Shown piece by piece: positions 12,001-23,797 of a stretch of 64,000 nt of DNA. The position numbers and the translations under genes were made by a program. The notes beneath the pieces are model-generated. The model was not told the origin of the DNA. It saw nothing but the letters and a program-made list of their open reading frames with translations, and searched no databases. This DNA is from Albugo candida (Eukaryota), in NCBI GenBank assembly GCA_040437565.1, contig JBDOQK010000030.1:310001-374000 (forward strand). The letters are read 5' to 3'. Positions within the stretch are counted from its first letter, which is position 1, and each line of letters begins with the position of its first letter.

Positions 12001-15000
12001 TGTACTTAGTGACAGGGAAATGACACTTATTACCCAATCAGAGTGTGTGTCGTTTGTCAGACCGACAGTCAATGCACTTGACGACTTAAAGGTTCTATTA
12101 CGGCGACGCACTTAACCATTGCTTCATTCTCTTGCAAGAGTGACAATTAGGGGACCGATGGATCCGAATGATCTTGTTTGATATTGCTTGTCCAGCCTCT
12201 CGACAACAGGTAGAGCGGAATAGCATCAAATGCGCCACGGAGCGATGTATTTAGTCATTCATCGGCGCATTGTGAGATTTTTTTGTTCCACACTGTAGAG
12301 AAGTCATTTTTAATCACGCTCTAGCTAGCAGCTTCTCGAGGAATCGTGGTATGTTCATCCTAATTATGGTACTGACCTGAGGCACACGCTTTCGAATGTA
12401 CTGTATGAAGGAGAATCCGCCTTGTACTTGTCTCTCGATGTTGACTTACAGAGAGGATGTTGCGATGCGTGGTCTGTGGTGTTTTTCTCTTCGTCTGGAT
12501 TTGAACAAATTGTTGCTGCTTCCAGTATGCATTTCACACCATACTTCGAAGATGGGATGGCTCTCACGATTCGGTAAGGTAGATATTGAAATATCGCAAC
12601 ATTATCTCTGTACTGATTTACGTATAATTGACTGATAATGACATTATCCATAAGCAAAGTGGAATACCTTGTTTGATAATCATAGTCATTATCAGCACGT
12701 ACGGGTTGACTCGCAAAATCGTAAAGTTTCATTGTGAACGCAGTGATCTTCGCTTTTCCTCTGCTGCTACGTGCAAGATTGATGACATTGCTTGCCATCC
12801 AACTAGGTGAAAAGGTATGGTTTCAGTATACAATCAAACAGAGTATCTTATAATCGATTGTGTTGTGCAGAATAAACAGCTATGTAAGGGACAAAACTCG
12901 GAGTTGCGCTTGCGAGCTGCTCCAGCACCTTTGCAAACGGAACACTTTCGTCTTGATCATAACACTATAATCGAAAGTACTGAACGTGCGCAGTAAACGT
13001 GGTATTGATCATGGAACTTGCTATAATTGCCGGAGTTGCTTATGCTGATAGAAAAGACAAGAATTCCAACCGGTACAGATGAAGTGCAGCGTCACTGCCT
13101 GCAAGGCAGGTCATAATATAGATACAATTTACTGACAGCCTTTTGATTCCGTCCGTATCGTTGGCGGAATATCACACGAAAGGTTTGTTCAACGTGGAAA
13201 GAATATACAAGTTGATCCCGAGCTGGGAGTAGCGCCAGCGATTTTCTGCTGTATTCGCAATCGATAAAAATATGGTGATCTGAATTCAATGCTTCATACG
13301 AAGACAAAGTGCACAATTAAATGCCAGGCTGCTATCTTCTACATACCACAACCGAGATTTGACTGGTAGCATCCTGAAGGCCCACACGAAACTGCCGCTC
13401 TTCAAAAATCGGTGTTCACGTTTGAGAAGTTCCCTTGATGCAATTATATAATTTCGAATAAGTTATGTGTCTGTTAGTTCATCGCGCTCCCGGATGACCA
13501 ATGTATCAGCATGAAATGAATCTTGGTTGCCTCGGGAGGCTCACGGACGATACGGAGAGTTGAGAGCGTGGAAATGGAAGACATGCTCTCGTTTCTTGAT
13601 TTGTCAACCCGCGTAGAACGGTATTCACTCGAGCTCGGTTGGATCCAAGTGACGAGACCAATCGTCGGAAGGATAAGCTTCAATATTTGAGTGACTTCAT
13701 CGTACGTCGACTTCAGCGACTATTCTTTAGCCATATCTAAAATAGTGAGCTCTTGTCGTTGTAGCATAGATCGACTAAGGGTATCTTCGTAGGCTATGTG
13801 TCGTCATCATCGGATGTCGAAATCTGGCAAAATGATTACAGAATGTGCGAAGTGGTTCGTTAACCATGCCGAAATTGTATCAAATAATCTGCGTGCTCGG
13901 ATTACGACTAGCAGCTTCATGGTGCAGTAATTATTCGCAATAGAGCTACTTCGGTTGATACATGAAGTATTGACGGCGTTGCATACCATTCATATCTGGA
14001 ATGGTAACGCTACAATCCATCGCATGCCATTCTTGTTTCTATGCCGAAGATGGCTTTTCCCATTGNNNNNNNNNNNNNNNNNNNNNNNNNNNNNNNNNNN
14101 NNNNNNNNNNNNNNNNNNNNNNNNNNNNNNNNNNNNNNNNNNNNNNNNNNNNNNNNNNNNNNNNNAAGAGCGGCTAATTTGTGCGCATTGGCGCATTTTT
14201 GACGATGCGGTGATTGGTCGCACTAATGATGCATTCCGTTTAATAATACGACTTGGAGGTAGAGACTTCTCTGTCCCTACCTTAGTTTATTTCGAACATT
14301 TTTGACGACGTGAATGTTGCCTTCTATAGAATGCACTGAAAGCAATCGGATACACTTTTATATGGCAAACAGATGACATTACCATGCCACAAATCCTCTA
14401 CAAAAATTATATTTATTGCATTATATGATACATGTCACTGGGATAACACTCATGATGCAGCACAAATAGACGGATTAAGAATGGTTTGGCGATGTCATAC
14501 ACTTTAAACGTACGAAGAGAGAGATGTCTTCTAAGCAAAAATGGGTGCTAGAGACGAAATCAAGCGCATGTTTCTTCTCTTGGTGAAGAGATTACTTTCG
14601 AAACGAAAATCTTAAGCAATACCCGGTTTACACCTTCTTGCCATTGCGATCAAATAATATCTTAGTTGACGGCGTTCGAGGACACAAAATGCGAAATGCA
14701 GTCATTGAAACCATTGGATTATGACCCTACTTATGCCCTTATATGAGAATGGGGGAAAAAATCACATTTGGTCTTAGATCGGGGACCCAATCAATTGCCA
14801 AACCGGTCCAGAATTCGGTAGACAATTGGATGTGTACTTTCCACCAGCAAAAGTGTGATCACCAGATGCAATCAAATTCCGTTTCGGTGCGGCTAAAGGC
14901 TTAACACATTCTGACATTTTGAATATAAATCCTCGTTCGCACGATTCCGATTCCAATGTGAGCCGCATGTAAGTTTTCCCAAAACATCTGACGCTTACTG

Positions 15001-15199
15001 TATGAACTTCTTCCTTTGTATGAAGCAGTGATGTTTGTGATTGGTACGGGATCGTCGATGAACACAGCGCTGCAAAGCGCCATGGATCCTAGCAAAGAAC
15101 ATAAAGACACAGGCGCATAAATTGATCAGCCAACAAAGCTTTGAAGAGCTACAAATATGCTCCCGACAATAATGCAGCAAAAAGCAAACGGACATACTC

Positions 15200-17006
15200 A
15201 CAAACTTCTCAGATTTCCGAGATTATTATTTTAGATGTTTATAGCCCAAATGATGAGATTGAAATCGTTGCATTCGGCACAAAAGGTTTGTACAATCCAA
15301 TCTTTTATGCAAAGTTTGAGGAACATGGAGAAGGTCAGCATCGGTACACGTATACTCTGTTTTATCCGCAAATTCCGACGGTGGAAATGCATAATTTACT
15401 GGAGAGAGTGTCAGAACTTTGTGGGGATGATATGTTGATCATAGTGAATTTAGATTAGCTCCATCGAAGCGCTCTTGCAAAACAATTCAACGCAAGATCA
15501 TTCTTTATACAGACGCTCATAGCAAATTCGAGAGTGCTTCCGACCCGAAACCGGTTGTAGAGATGATAAATTCACTTGACGTAGCGCTAGAAATCATGTA
15601 GGGAACTTTTCTACGCCTGAAATACATAAGTGAGTCTTATTGTCGCGGATTCGACTTTACGAATTTACTAGTAAAAAAAGACATGGAAGAGATTGTCGAG
15701 CGCAAGATCAAGCAAGAACCTCGTCTGGAATTCGAAGGTTTTTTTTAAGAAGTGATGTAATTTACCATTTTACTGTGACACGTAGGAAGGAAATGAGAAA
15801 ATGCTTCAATCACTCGCTTAAGTTGTTGGAGGTCATGTCGTCTCTATACAAGAAAAGGTAGAGTTTTCGAGACATGGTATGAAGAAGAGCGTCATATAGG
15901 TCACGTAGTTCCGAAAAGATGTGGATATTGGCTCCTTCAAATTAGTACATTGCTTCATTAAAGTAAATATTAGTACGTTTCCTAGCCTTTTGAAGGAGTC
16001 GGCGCTGTCGCAGGATGAACACGAAGGAGTTCGACAAGATCGGCAACGACATGGACCCAGATACATCTGATGAAGAAAATTCACCAGATCAAAGGGTAAA
16101 AGCGTAAACATACGGTAATGAAAGCGTTCCTTTTCCTTCTGCCGACTTGGAGGATTTCAAATTGAACACAGAAAAAAGTCTGGAACTGCTGGAATTTGCG
16201 AATAAAAAAAGATTTAGCAGTTCAAGTATATGGTCAACACGAATGTCTTTGTACCAGACCCAACGAAGAAAAACTCTGCTAAATGCTTTGGAACGTTTTT
16301 GGGCGCAATGATAATGAAAGATCTCGTGGTAGTTGCTTGCTTTGTGCCGAGAAAAAATGCCGCCCCGAAGGTCATCGCGCTGATACCACAAACCCCAACA
16401 AACGAGTTTCCAAGTCACGTTTTCTGGTCTCAACAATTGCCCTTTGAAGAAGATTTGAGAGATTTCGAGTTTCCATCTATTTTACGTGGGAATTTGAGAA
16501 GTATTCCTTCANNNNNNNNNNNNNNNNNNNNNNNNNNNNNNNNNNNNNNNNNNNNNNNNNNNNNNNNNNNNNNNNNNNNNNNNNNNNNNNNNNNNNNNNN
16601 NNNNNNNNNNNAGTAGCGGATTCCAATGAGAAGTTGAGGTGAGAGGAGTTCAATCTATCGAAAGTTTGGATCCAATCGCAGCTCATTAAGCGTAAGTAAA
16701 TACATACAAATCGAAATAGTCACAAAACAATAAGAACGGGAAAATTATGAGGTCAATTAGTGAAATAGAGCCCCAGGTTGAGCATTCTACAAGTCACGGT
16801 CAATCGTCTCGATGCAGCGAATACAATACATGAGAAAGCGCAATATTGATCAGAAGTGTTCACTATATTACAATGCCATTTTGAGACAGGAGAAAAGATC
16901 AAAATGCTGGGTGGAATCCATGCGAGCTACAAGAATTAATCTTTTATCCACTGACGACTTTTTTATCTCACTAACAACACAGATTGCAGATATGCTTCCA
17001 TCGTAG
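15200..17006 (+). pseudogene. KU80: Disabled Ku80 (XRCC5) gene: vWA, beta-barrel and C-terminal domain remnants
   Basis: vWA: PNDEIEIVAFGTKGLYNP and RKIILYTDAHS. Middle: NEKMLQSLA*VVGG...KKSVI*VT*FRKDVDIG. Barrel: DQRVKA*TYGNESVPF..ADLEDFKLNTEKSLELL and VACFVPRKNAAPKVIALIP...QLPFEEDLRDFEFPS. C-terminal: WVESMRATRINLLSTDD. Stops at 15819, 15897, 15906 and 16105; frameshifts near 16050-16080 and 16203-16230. Confidence 0.88.
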
Positions 17007-17721
17007 ACGACATGGAGCCTGTCGAAAGGTGCTCGATGTGTTTTTCATGTTTGCTTCGTGGAACGGATACGTGGAGTACAAAATGATGTTGTAGCAGCAG
17101 CATCATGTCGTCCTTGAAATATCTTATTTTCACATCATCATTGAAGGCACCGTGACGTTTCATGTCTAAACTTCATCACATTCGTTATTCTGTGTAAATT
17201 GACAACAAGTATTAAACGAGTATGACAAGATGGATTTGACGTTCATAACTGCAGAGTTTTTCTCCTGATACTCTGTAATGATCAGGTATCTCGACCGACT
17301 GGCTCTAATTTGAGAAACCTTTTTTGTCGAAAGTAAGACATGTCCTCTTAATACTTGAATCAAGACAACATACTCGAGGATCATCTACTTTACCTCCTAT
17401 CTTGTACGGATGGGAAAAATCAATTTTAAAAGCAAAGATATTCGAAGAAAGGCACACGTCGTACGATTATCCTATCATATTCGTGGATGCAAAATACCAA
17501 GCAGCATACATCGGAGCTGGTTGGAAAACTCATAATAATCTTCTCTTATCCCGCTAGCCTACGTTCAATGATATCGTAAGTAGAACACTTGTGACACTCG
17601 ATAAGTTTTTATGGGGCGGGCNNNNNNNNNNNNNNNNNNNNNNNNNNNNNNNNNNNNNNNNNNNNNNNNNNNNNNNNNNNNNNNNNNNNNNNNNNNNNNN
17701 NNNNNNNNNNNNNNNNNNNNN

Positions 17722-18679
17722 TATCCTAAAAAATGTGATGGGAGCTCAGGTCGTGAAATTTTTGACACCTACGAATGCAATAATACTGATGGCTGCTTCA
17801 GATACTTTACAATTGGGGGCATTACGAAAGCGTGGATGTACACACGTGAAACTAGAAGAAGATGACTGCAAGATGTATCGTAGCAACCAAATAATGCACA
17901 CAGAAATGTACAAGATCCCACTAAGGGCGCAACTTAGCGATGAAAAGGCTGGCCTCTGCCACATATCGCATCATCATACTTCGAGCCAACAGAATTGTGC
18001 TGCAAGGCTGCGGACATTCTTTTCTTCGACTCCCCACCATAAAATGATTCACATACTTACAGCGAGATCGCTCTTAGTCGAAACTTCAGGGTCTAATTCG
18101 CAGAAAATAAGGGCGTTATATCCAAACTTCGAAAAGATAGTTAGTAAGCCTACGTGTCTTAGAATTCAGGAAGTCCCTCGTGAATTCTGCTCTGAGCACC
18201 TAGCCTTCTTATTGCCGGCTCCCATACATTCTCCCGACCAAGTCTTCATCCACGAATTTACTAAAAACCGCATTCCAGTAGGTTTATGGCCTCCTAAAAA
18301 TCACATCAACTATCGCAATGCGGATGGTGTAGCATCTCAAAGGCGCTATTCGCATCTTTTATCAAATATTGGCACAGAGCTCTGGCCTGCTGTGGATACT
18401 ATCGCGTTTGTGGAGTATGAATGTGAAAATTCAAAGCAGATATACTGTGTAAGCTGCCTTCTACAGCACACAGAAGTATACTTAGCTTACGGTCACGAAT
18501 CAAGCACGCGAGGTTATGTTTGGATGCGACCGGCACCCTCTGTAATTCTCAAGTCGTGTGTTGGAGATAAGATTTGCTCAAGCCTTACATATAATGCGGA
18601 CCGAGCTCAGATTGAACGGCCAGGTGATCTTCGGCAATGGACAGTAGAATCACTAGGTATATCGGAGAGTAAGAAATAA
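17722..18679 (+). CDS. Cys-containing lineage-specific protein, CCG/CHXC-effector-like (5' end lost in gap)
   Basis: About 320 open codons after the gap, starting ..ILKNVMGAQVVKFL and containing YCVSCLLQ. It is a clear paralogue of 22708-23797(-). The effector-family call rests on motif resemblance only. Confidence 0.6.
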
Positions 18680-21600
18680 GCTTGGTGTAATCGGAGGATA
18701 ACATAGCAGCGCATTCTCCTAATGAATACTATGTCCGATATGTTGGAAGCGTATTTCTAGTTACTATATATTAGAGAATGCTGTTGAACATGGATCCTTT
18801 CGAGCCTACCATACCTCTCTCTGTAGATATTTGGTCCGGTTTGAAATAGTGGACTATATTTTGGTGTCGCACGATACTTTATGATTCCTGTTATAACGTA
18901 AGCGGCAACATATCCCCTATTGTCCAAATGATAGTAACTTATTATGAGGAAAGAGCCAATTATGAGCCGTTGTTCTCATACATTTGCAAGCCAATCGCAA
19001 CACATCTCGTATCTGGTGATTTGATGACACCACTCGATCAAGATATCGATGCTACAAGTGCTACAATTCGACACGAATCGTGTCAAGCAGTGATATTGTA
19101 AAGGGCTTGGAAGCTGGGTAAGGTAGACGTCTGGATGATTTAACATTCGACTAATATCGTTGCACGGGTCCTCTACTACGCAATAATCGTCTGGATTAAA
19201 TCTTTCGGTCGGAAGACCTATCCAAAAGACTGTAGATATTTTCGACCACGACATGCAGGAGATCGTCTGACACAAAAACGTTTTTTGCCAATCCGGCATG
19301 ATTCCCGAAACAAGGCTTGTAAATTGTACATCATGGGGTTATTCGATTGTACTCCGCATGTATTACACAAACGGAATGCAAATTTGGTGGTCGGAAAATA
19401 AGGATAACTTCAAAGCCCGAAAGCAAAAGAACGAAAATAAAGAACCATATTCAGACGATGCTGTAAAAATTTTACAGGATAGGACGCATGGTGTTCAGTC
19501 TACTCAGCGTGTTATGGAAGCTGTAGCAGCTCAATAGCGTACTCAGGACACCAATAAGTCACGACATTTTTTAATCGAATTTCTTGAACTCAGATTATCG
19601 GTCGGAAAATAATTTCAGATACAACCAAGATGACTTCTTCGATCATCACGTAAGGCATCGATAGGATGATAAGGTGCCGTCATGCATGATACATGCGTGT
19701 TGAAGAAGGCATTCACACGATCAGCCAGCATTGACATTTCCCAAACGTCCATCCGTCCTGAGAGAACACGATCTTGAAAACTATTTCCGATATGTATCAT
19801 GTGGTTCGTCTACCATTTCAAGCGTTATCGAATTATGAGTAGCAGCTTCGTATTATGATTCTTGGTCGCAGTGGAGCCACATCGGCTGTTCCTGTAGTGT
19901 TGACGGCGTTGGAGAACACCAAGATTTAAAAGTTCAATGCTCGAATCAATCTGATAAAAAATATAAATGCATGATTCCACACCAAGATGTGCTCTTCCAT
20001 TCAACCATTTCGCCATGTCGATGTGGTGTCCAAAGAGAGCTAAATAAATTGTAATAATTTTCTCGAAGCAGTTCTCTACTGCGCAGAAATAATTTTCAGC
20101 GTATCGGATGCGAACGTTCAGAGAAATTGAATGCGCTGTAGATTCGTTTGACGCACTTCAAAAGCGGTTTTTAGTTTTTCATCCTGTCCCCAAAAATAGA
20201 AAAAATATTTTTCAATCAAGTGAACATCTTTCGGGTCTTTTGATGTTTCCGACCTAGCACAAATCGATTCAGTCTCGACTGCCTCAGTCGAAAGGTCTCT
20301 GCTGGTATGTCAACGCGCATAATGTAACGCCAATGACGTGACAAATCATCTTCTTTGCAACCAATAGTCGACCGCGTACAATTCATGCACGTCGAAACAG
20401 TAAACGAAAACCATCATCAAAACGCTATTCGAGAGCTTTTATAGCAATCGAAGGAGGAGGTATTTTTAATCAACAGAATTCGCAAATACCTGGTCGAATC
20501 CCCCCAACCCAATGTGGTCGATTGGGAATACGAATAAACGGCATGATTTGATTCAACGAGATTAAAGATGATATGCCATGTTGAAATTCGCAATAAATTT
20601 ATTGCAGAAAACTTGGAAGTGTCGAGTTGCGTCAAATCATCATACATTTTTTCTAAAAGCAATGTCAACTCGTCTACAAAACCAAGTCCAGTTGCGACAG
20701 TGTTGCCCCTGGTCTAAATGGCATGTTCTTCATGTTGACGAAGTAAATTCTCAAAGGGTTTGACCTGCATAAAATACGTAATTCTAAGAGTGCGTCGCCT
20801 TTTTGACTTCATGTAGTGATGTAATGGATGGTGTGATATTGCAATTAGAAATGAATTGTGCTTTCGTATCGGTTTAGGAAAGACGAAGTCAGTCGATACA
20901 CTTTTGTCAGGCGCCCGTTCTTACGAAAACATGCGATACGTATACGTCCAATTCACTCGGTCATAGGGGTTTTTCAAATTCAAGAAAGAGGCATACAATT
21001 CTTCCCATGATCAGTGAACAAGTCTTGTATGTCGGAGATATGTAGTTTGTGATGATGCAGCGTCCATCCTTGCGTAAATGGGTATTCATTATGATGATCA
21101 ATTTTGGAAAAACCGCTGTGATTGATGTGCCAATGCTTTGTAAAGCACTTTCACGTTTCCACAAAGCACTGCGCGCAAGCTGTAGTTGTCAGGATCACGT
21201 CATGATCCTTTCTTGTAAAAGAAGGTGATTGCTCAGTGACGTTTGGCACCTTTAACTAGCTGACATTCGAGCACTATCTTTATCACCTGATACTCTTCAT
21301 TTACTTTCGGCTGAAGCTTAGATAACGCAGCTGATACTCCATCCACAGCAGGAGAGAAAATACTTCGCATATCCTTCTCCGCTTCCTCTCTCTCTGTCGT
21401 AATCAAGCAAGTTGAGAGACGGTCTTCCCTTTAGAATCAACGGAAACTTGGATTGGTTCCACAATCTTTTCAGATTTCTTCAACATTGACCAACTAATCC
21501 GGTCTCTGCGCTATTGAGAGTACCCCTGAAACCACCCAGTGATCCCTGAATTCATCAACGCTATCAGTGGGGCTCGATTTCAGGGTTCTATATAGGCTGG

Positions 21601-23660
21601 TAATATAATTGACCGGCACACGACGACAGAAACTATCCGGAGAAGTGAAGCAGACTTTAGATCGTTTTCCATATGCTTCATGTGATGATCGAAGCATTCA
21701 TTATGGTTGTTTTGGCATTTTTATTGACTGGAAGTCGAGCTGTTTTTTTTTTGTGATTTGTTTCGAATAAATGCCGTGATTGATTGGTGTCCGGAGTCCG
21801 AAATTGAGCTGCTGGGGCTTCCTAAGACACGCTTATTAGAGCAAACACCACGCGGGTATCTTGTACAAACGTTTCTAATTCACTAGAAGATGGTTTTCAT
21901 GATCGTCTTCTAGCTTTCCAACACTTATCCGGATTCGAAGTTTCCTACTTGTTCGAGCACCAAATCTGCTTTTCGTTTGAATAATCCGACAAGTTGAGTA
22001 CAATAAAATAAAAACGATGTACAGTTTAATATCCCCGTCTTGGATTCAAGTCGGATTCGCAGAATAACATTTTGTGCCAGACGATCCCCTGCATGCCGTG
22101 GTCGAAAATATCTGTATTCTTTTATAAGTGCTCCGATGTAATTCAGGCGTTCGTTGCGTGGTGGAAGTCCTGTGTAATCTTTCAACCTCAAGTAGTCGAA
22201 TGTTGAATCCTCGAGACGTTTACCTTATCCAACTTTCAATCCCGTTACAAACACGCTAATCACACGATTCACGTCGAACTAGGATACATGAGCATCGATA
22301 GCTTGATAAATTGGTATCTTGATATCACCAAATACGAGACGTGCTGCGGTCGGCTCAAAATGTATCAGAGCAACGTCTCAAAAAAAGCACTCTTTACTCG
22401 TGATGAGTTGATATCCATTGGAAAAGTCGGGCGGGATATGTTGCCTCTTACGACAACATCGAAACGCTGAGTTGTGCAACGCTATGCTATAACAGGAATC
22501 ATATAGTATCTTGGGACATCAAAATATGGTCCGCTGTTTCAAATTAGACCAAATATCTAGAAGGAGAGGTATGTTTAGCTCGAAAGTAAGCATATTCGAC
22601 AGCCCTCCGCCTACTATGTAATTACTCGAAAAAGTCTTCTTGAAAGGGTGCACGGAGTATTCATTAATAAAAATGCACTTCTATATCATCCTTCAATAAG
22701 ACCAAGATTATTTATCACTCTCCAATAAACCTACTGTTTCTACTGTCCATTGACGAAGCTCATCTGGCCGTTCAAGTGGAGCTCGGTCCGCAGTATAGGT
22801 AAGACTTGAGCAGATCTTATCTCCAACACAAGAATTGAGAATTACCGAGGGTGCCGATCGCATCCAAACATATCCTCTCGTGGTTGATTTGTCATTGTAA
22901 GACAAGTACACTTCATTGTGTTGTAGAAAGCAACTTGTACAATATAGCTAGTTTGACGCTTTGCATTCATACTCCACGAACGCGATACTATCACCCGCAA
23001 GCCAGACTTCTGTGCCAGACTTTGATAGTAAACGCAAATAGATCTTTTGAGATGGTACATCATCCCCATTGTGTGTTGATATGAATATTAGGAGGCCATA
23101 CACCTACTGGGATGCGACTAGCAGTAAACTTGTGGATGGCACTTTGGTCGGGAGTATGTTTGGGATCCGGCAAAATGAAGGCTTGGTGCTCAGAGCAGAA
23201 TGCATGAGGGACCTCCTGAATTTTAAAACATGTCCATTTACTGCATTTTATTGGGTTATTTTGATTTAACGCCTTAAATTCTTTCGCATCAGGCCGTGAA
23301 GTGAGTACAACTAAAAGCGATGTATCTGTAAGCGTGTAAATTTCTTGTTGTTGGGAAGCTGAAGAAAAGAATATATTCATGTACAGAGCACAAGCATGTC
23401 GTTTCGACGGAGCATGATACGATTGGTGGCGGAAGCCAGCCTTTTCATCGATAGAGTGCGGCTTTAGTGGGATCTCGTACATTTCTGCGGGCATCATTTG
23501 GTTACCATGATACATCTTGCAGTCATCTTTTTCTAGCAGTACGGATTTACATTCTCGGTCCTTGTGTAATAAATTTTCTGAAGTACCCACCAATAGAATC
23601 GCATGCCTAAACGATAAAAATATCGTGACACGAGCTCCCACTACCTTTTTCAGGATACGA
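17722..23660. repeat. Diverged inverted duplication: arms ~17722-19300 and ~22040-23660, spacer ~2.7 kb
   Basis: Similarity continues ~600 nt beyond the stop codons. For example tatgattcctgttata and agatattttcgaccacg.catgcagg.gatcgtctg.cacaaaa occur on both arms in opposite orientation. Confidence 0.85.
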
Positions 23661-23797
23661 CCGATGCATTCCAAATTCTTGTTGATAACCGAGGTAATTT
23701 TGAGGCAGACGAGCTTGTCGGATTCGAATATCCCAAGGGTATTGGTGTATGTGAACGCTTGCAGTATAGCAGACCGTGGGGAAGAAGCTCTTGCCAT
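22708..23797 (-). pseudogene. Frameshifted paralogue of 17722-18679, CCG-effector-like
   Basis: ORF pieces 23060-23797 and 22708-22911 align to the + copy (DDCKMY, IQEVP..FCSEH, RIPVG.WPP, STTRGYVWMR.APSVIL.SCVGDKICSSLTY.ADRA) but are split by frameshifts around 22910-23070. The motif reads ECIGRILKKVVG, with CGT where Cys (TGT) is expected. Confidence 0.7.

Noticed and set aside
19560-20300. Decayed minus-strand coding-like stretch, considered as an RNase III/Dicer relic
   Set aside because: No ERLEFLGD-type signature was found in the frames I translated, so its identity cannot be supported.
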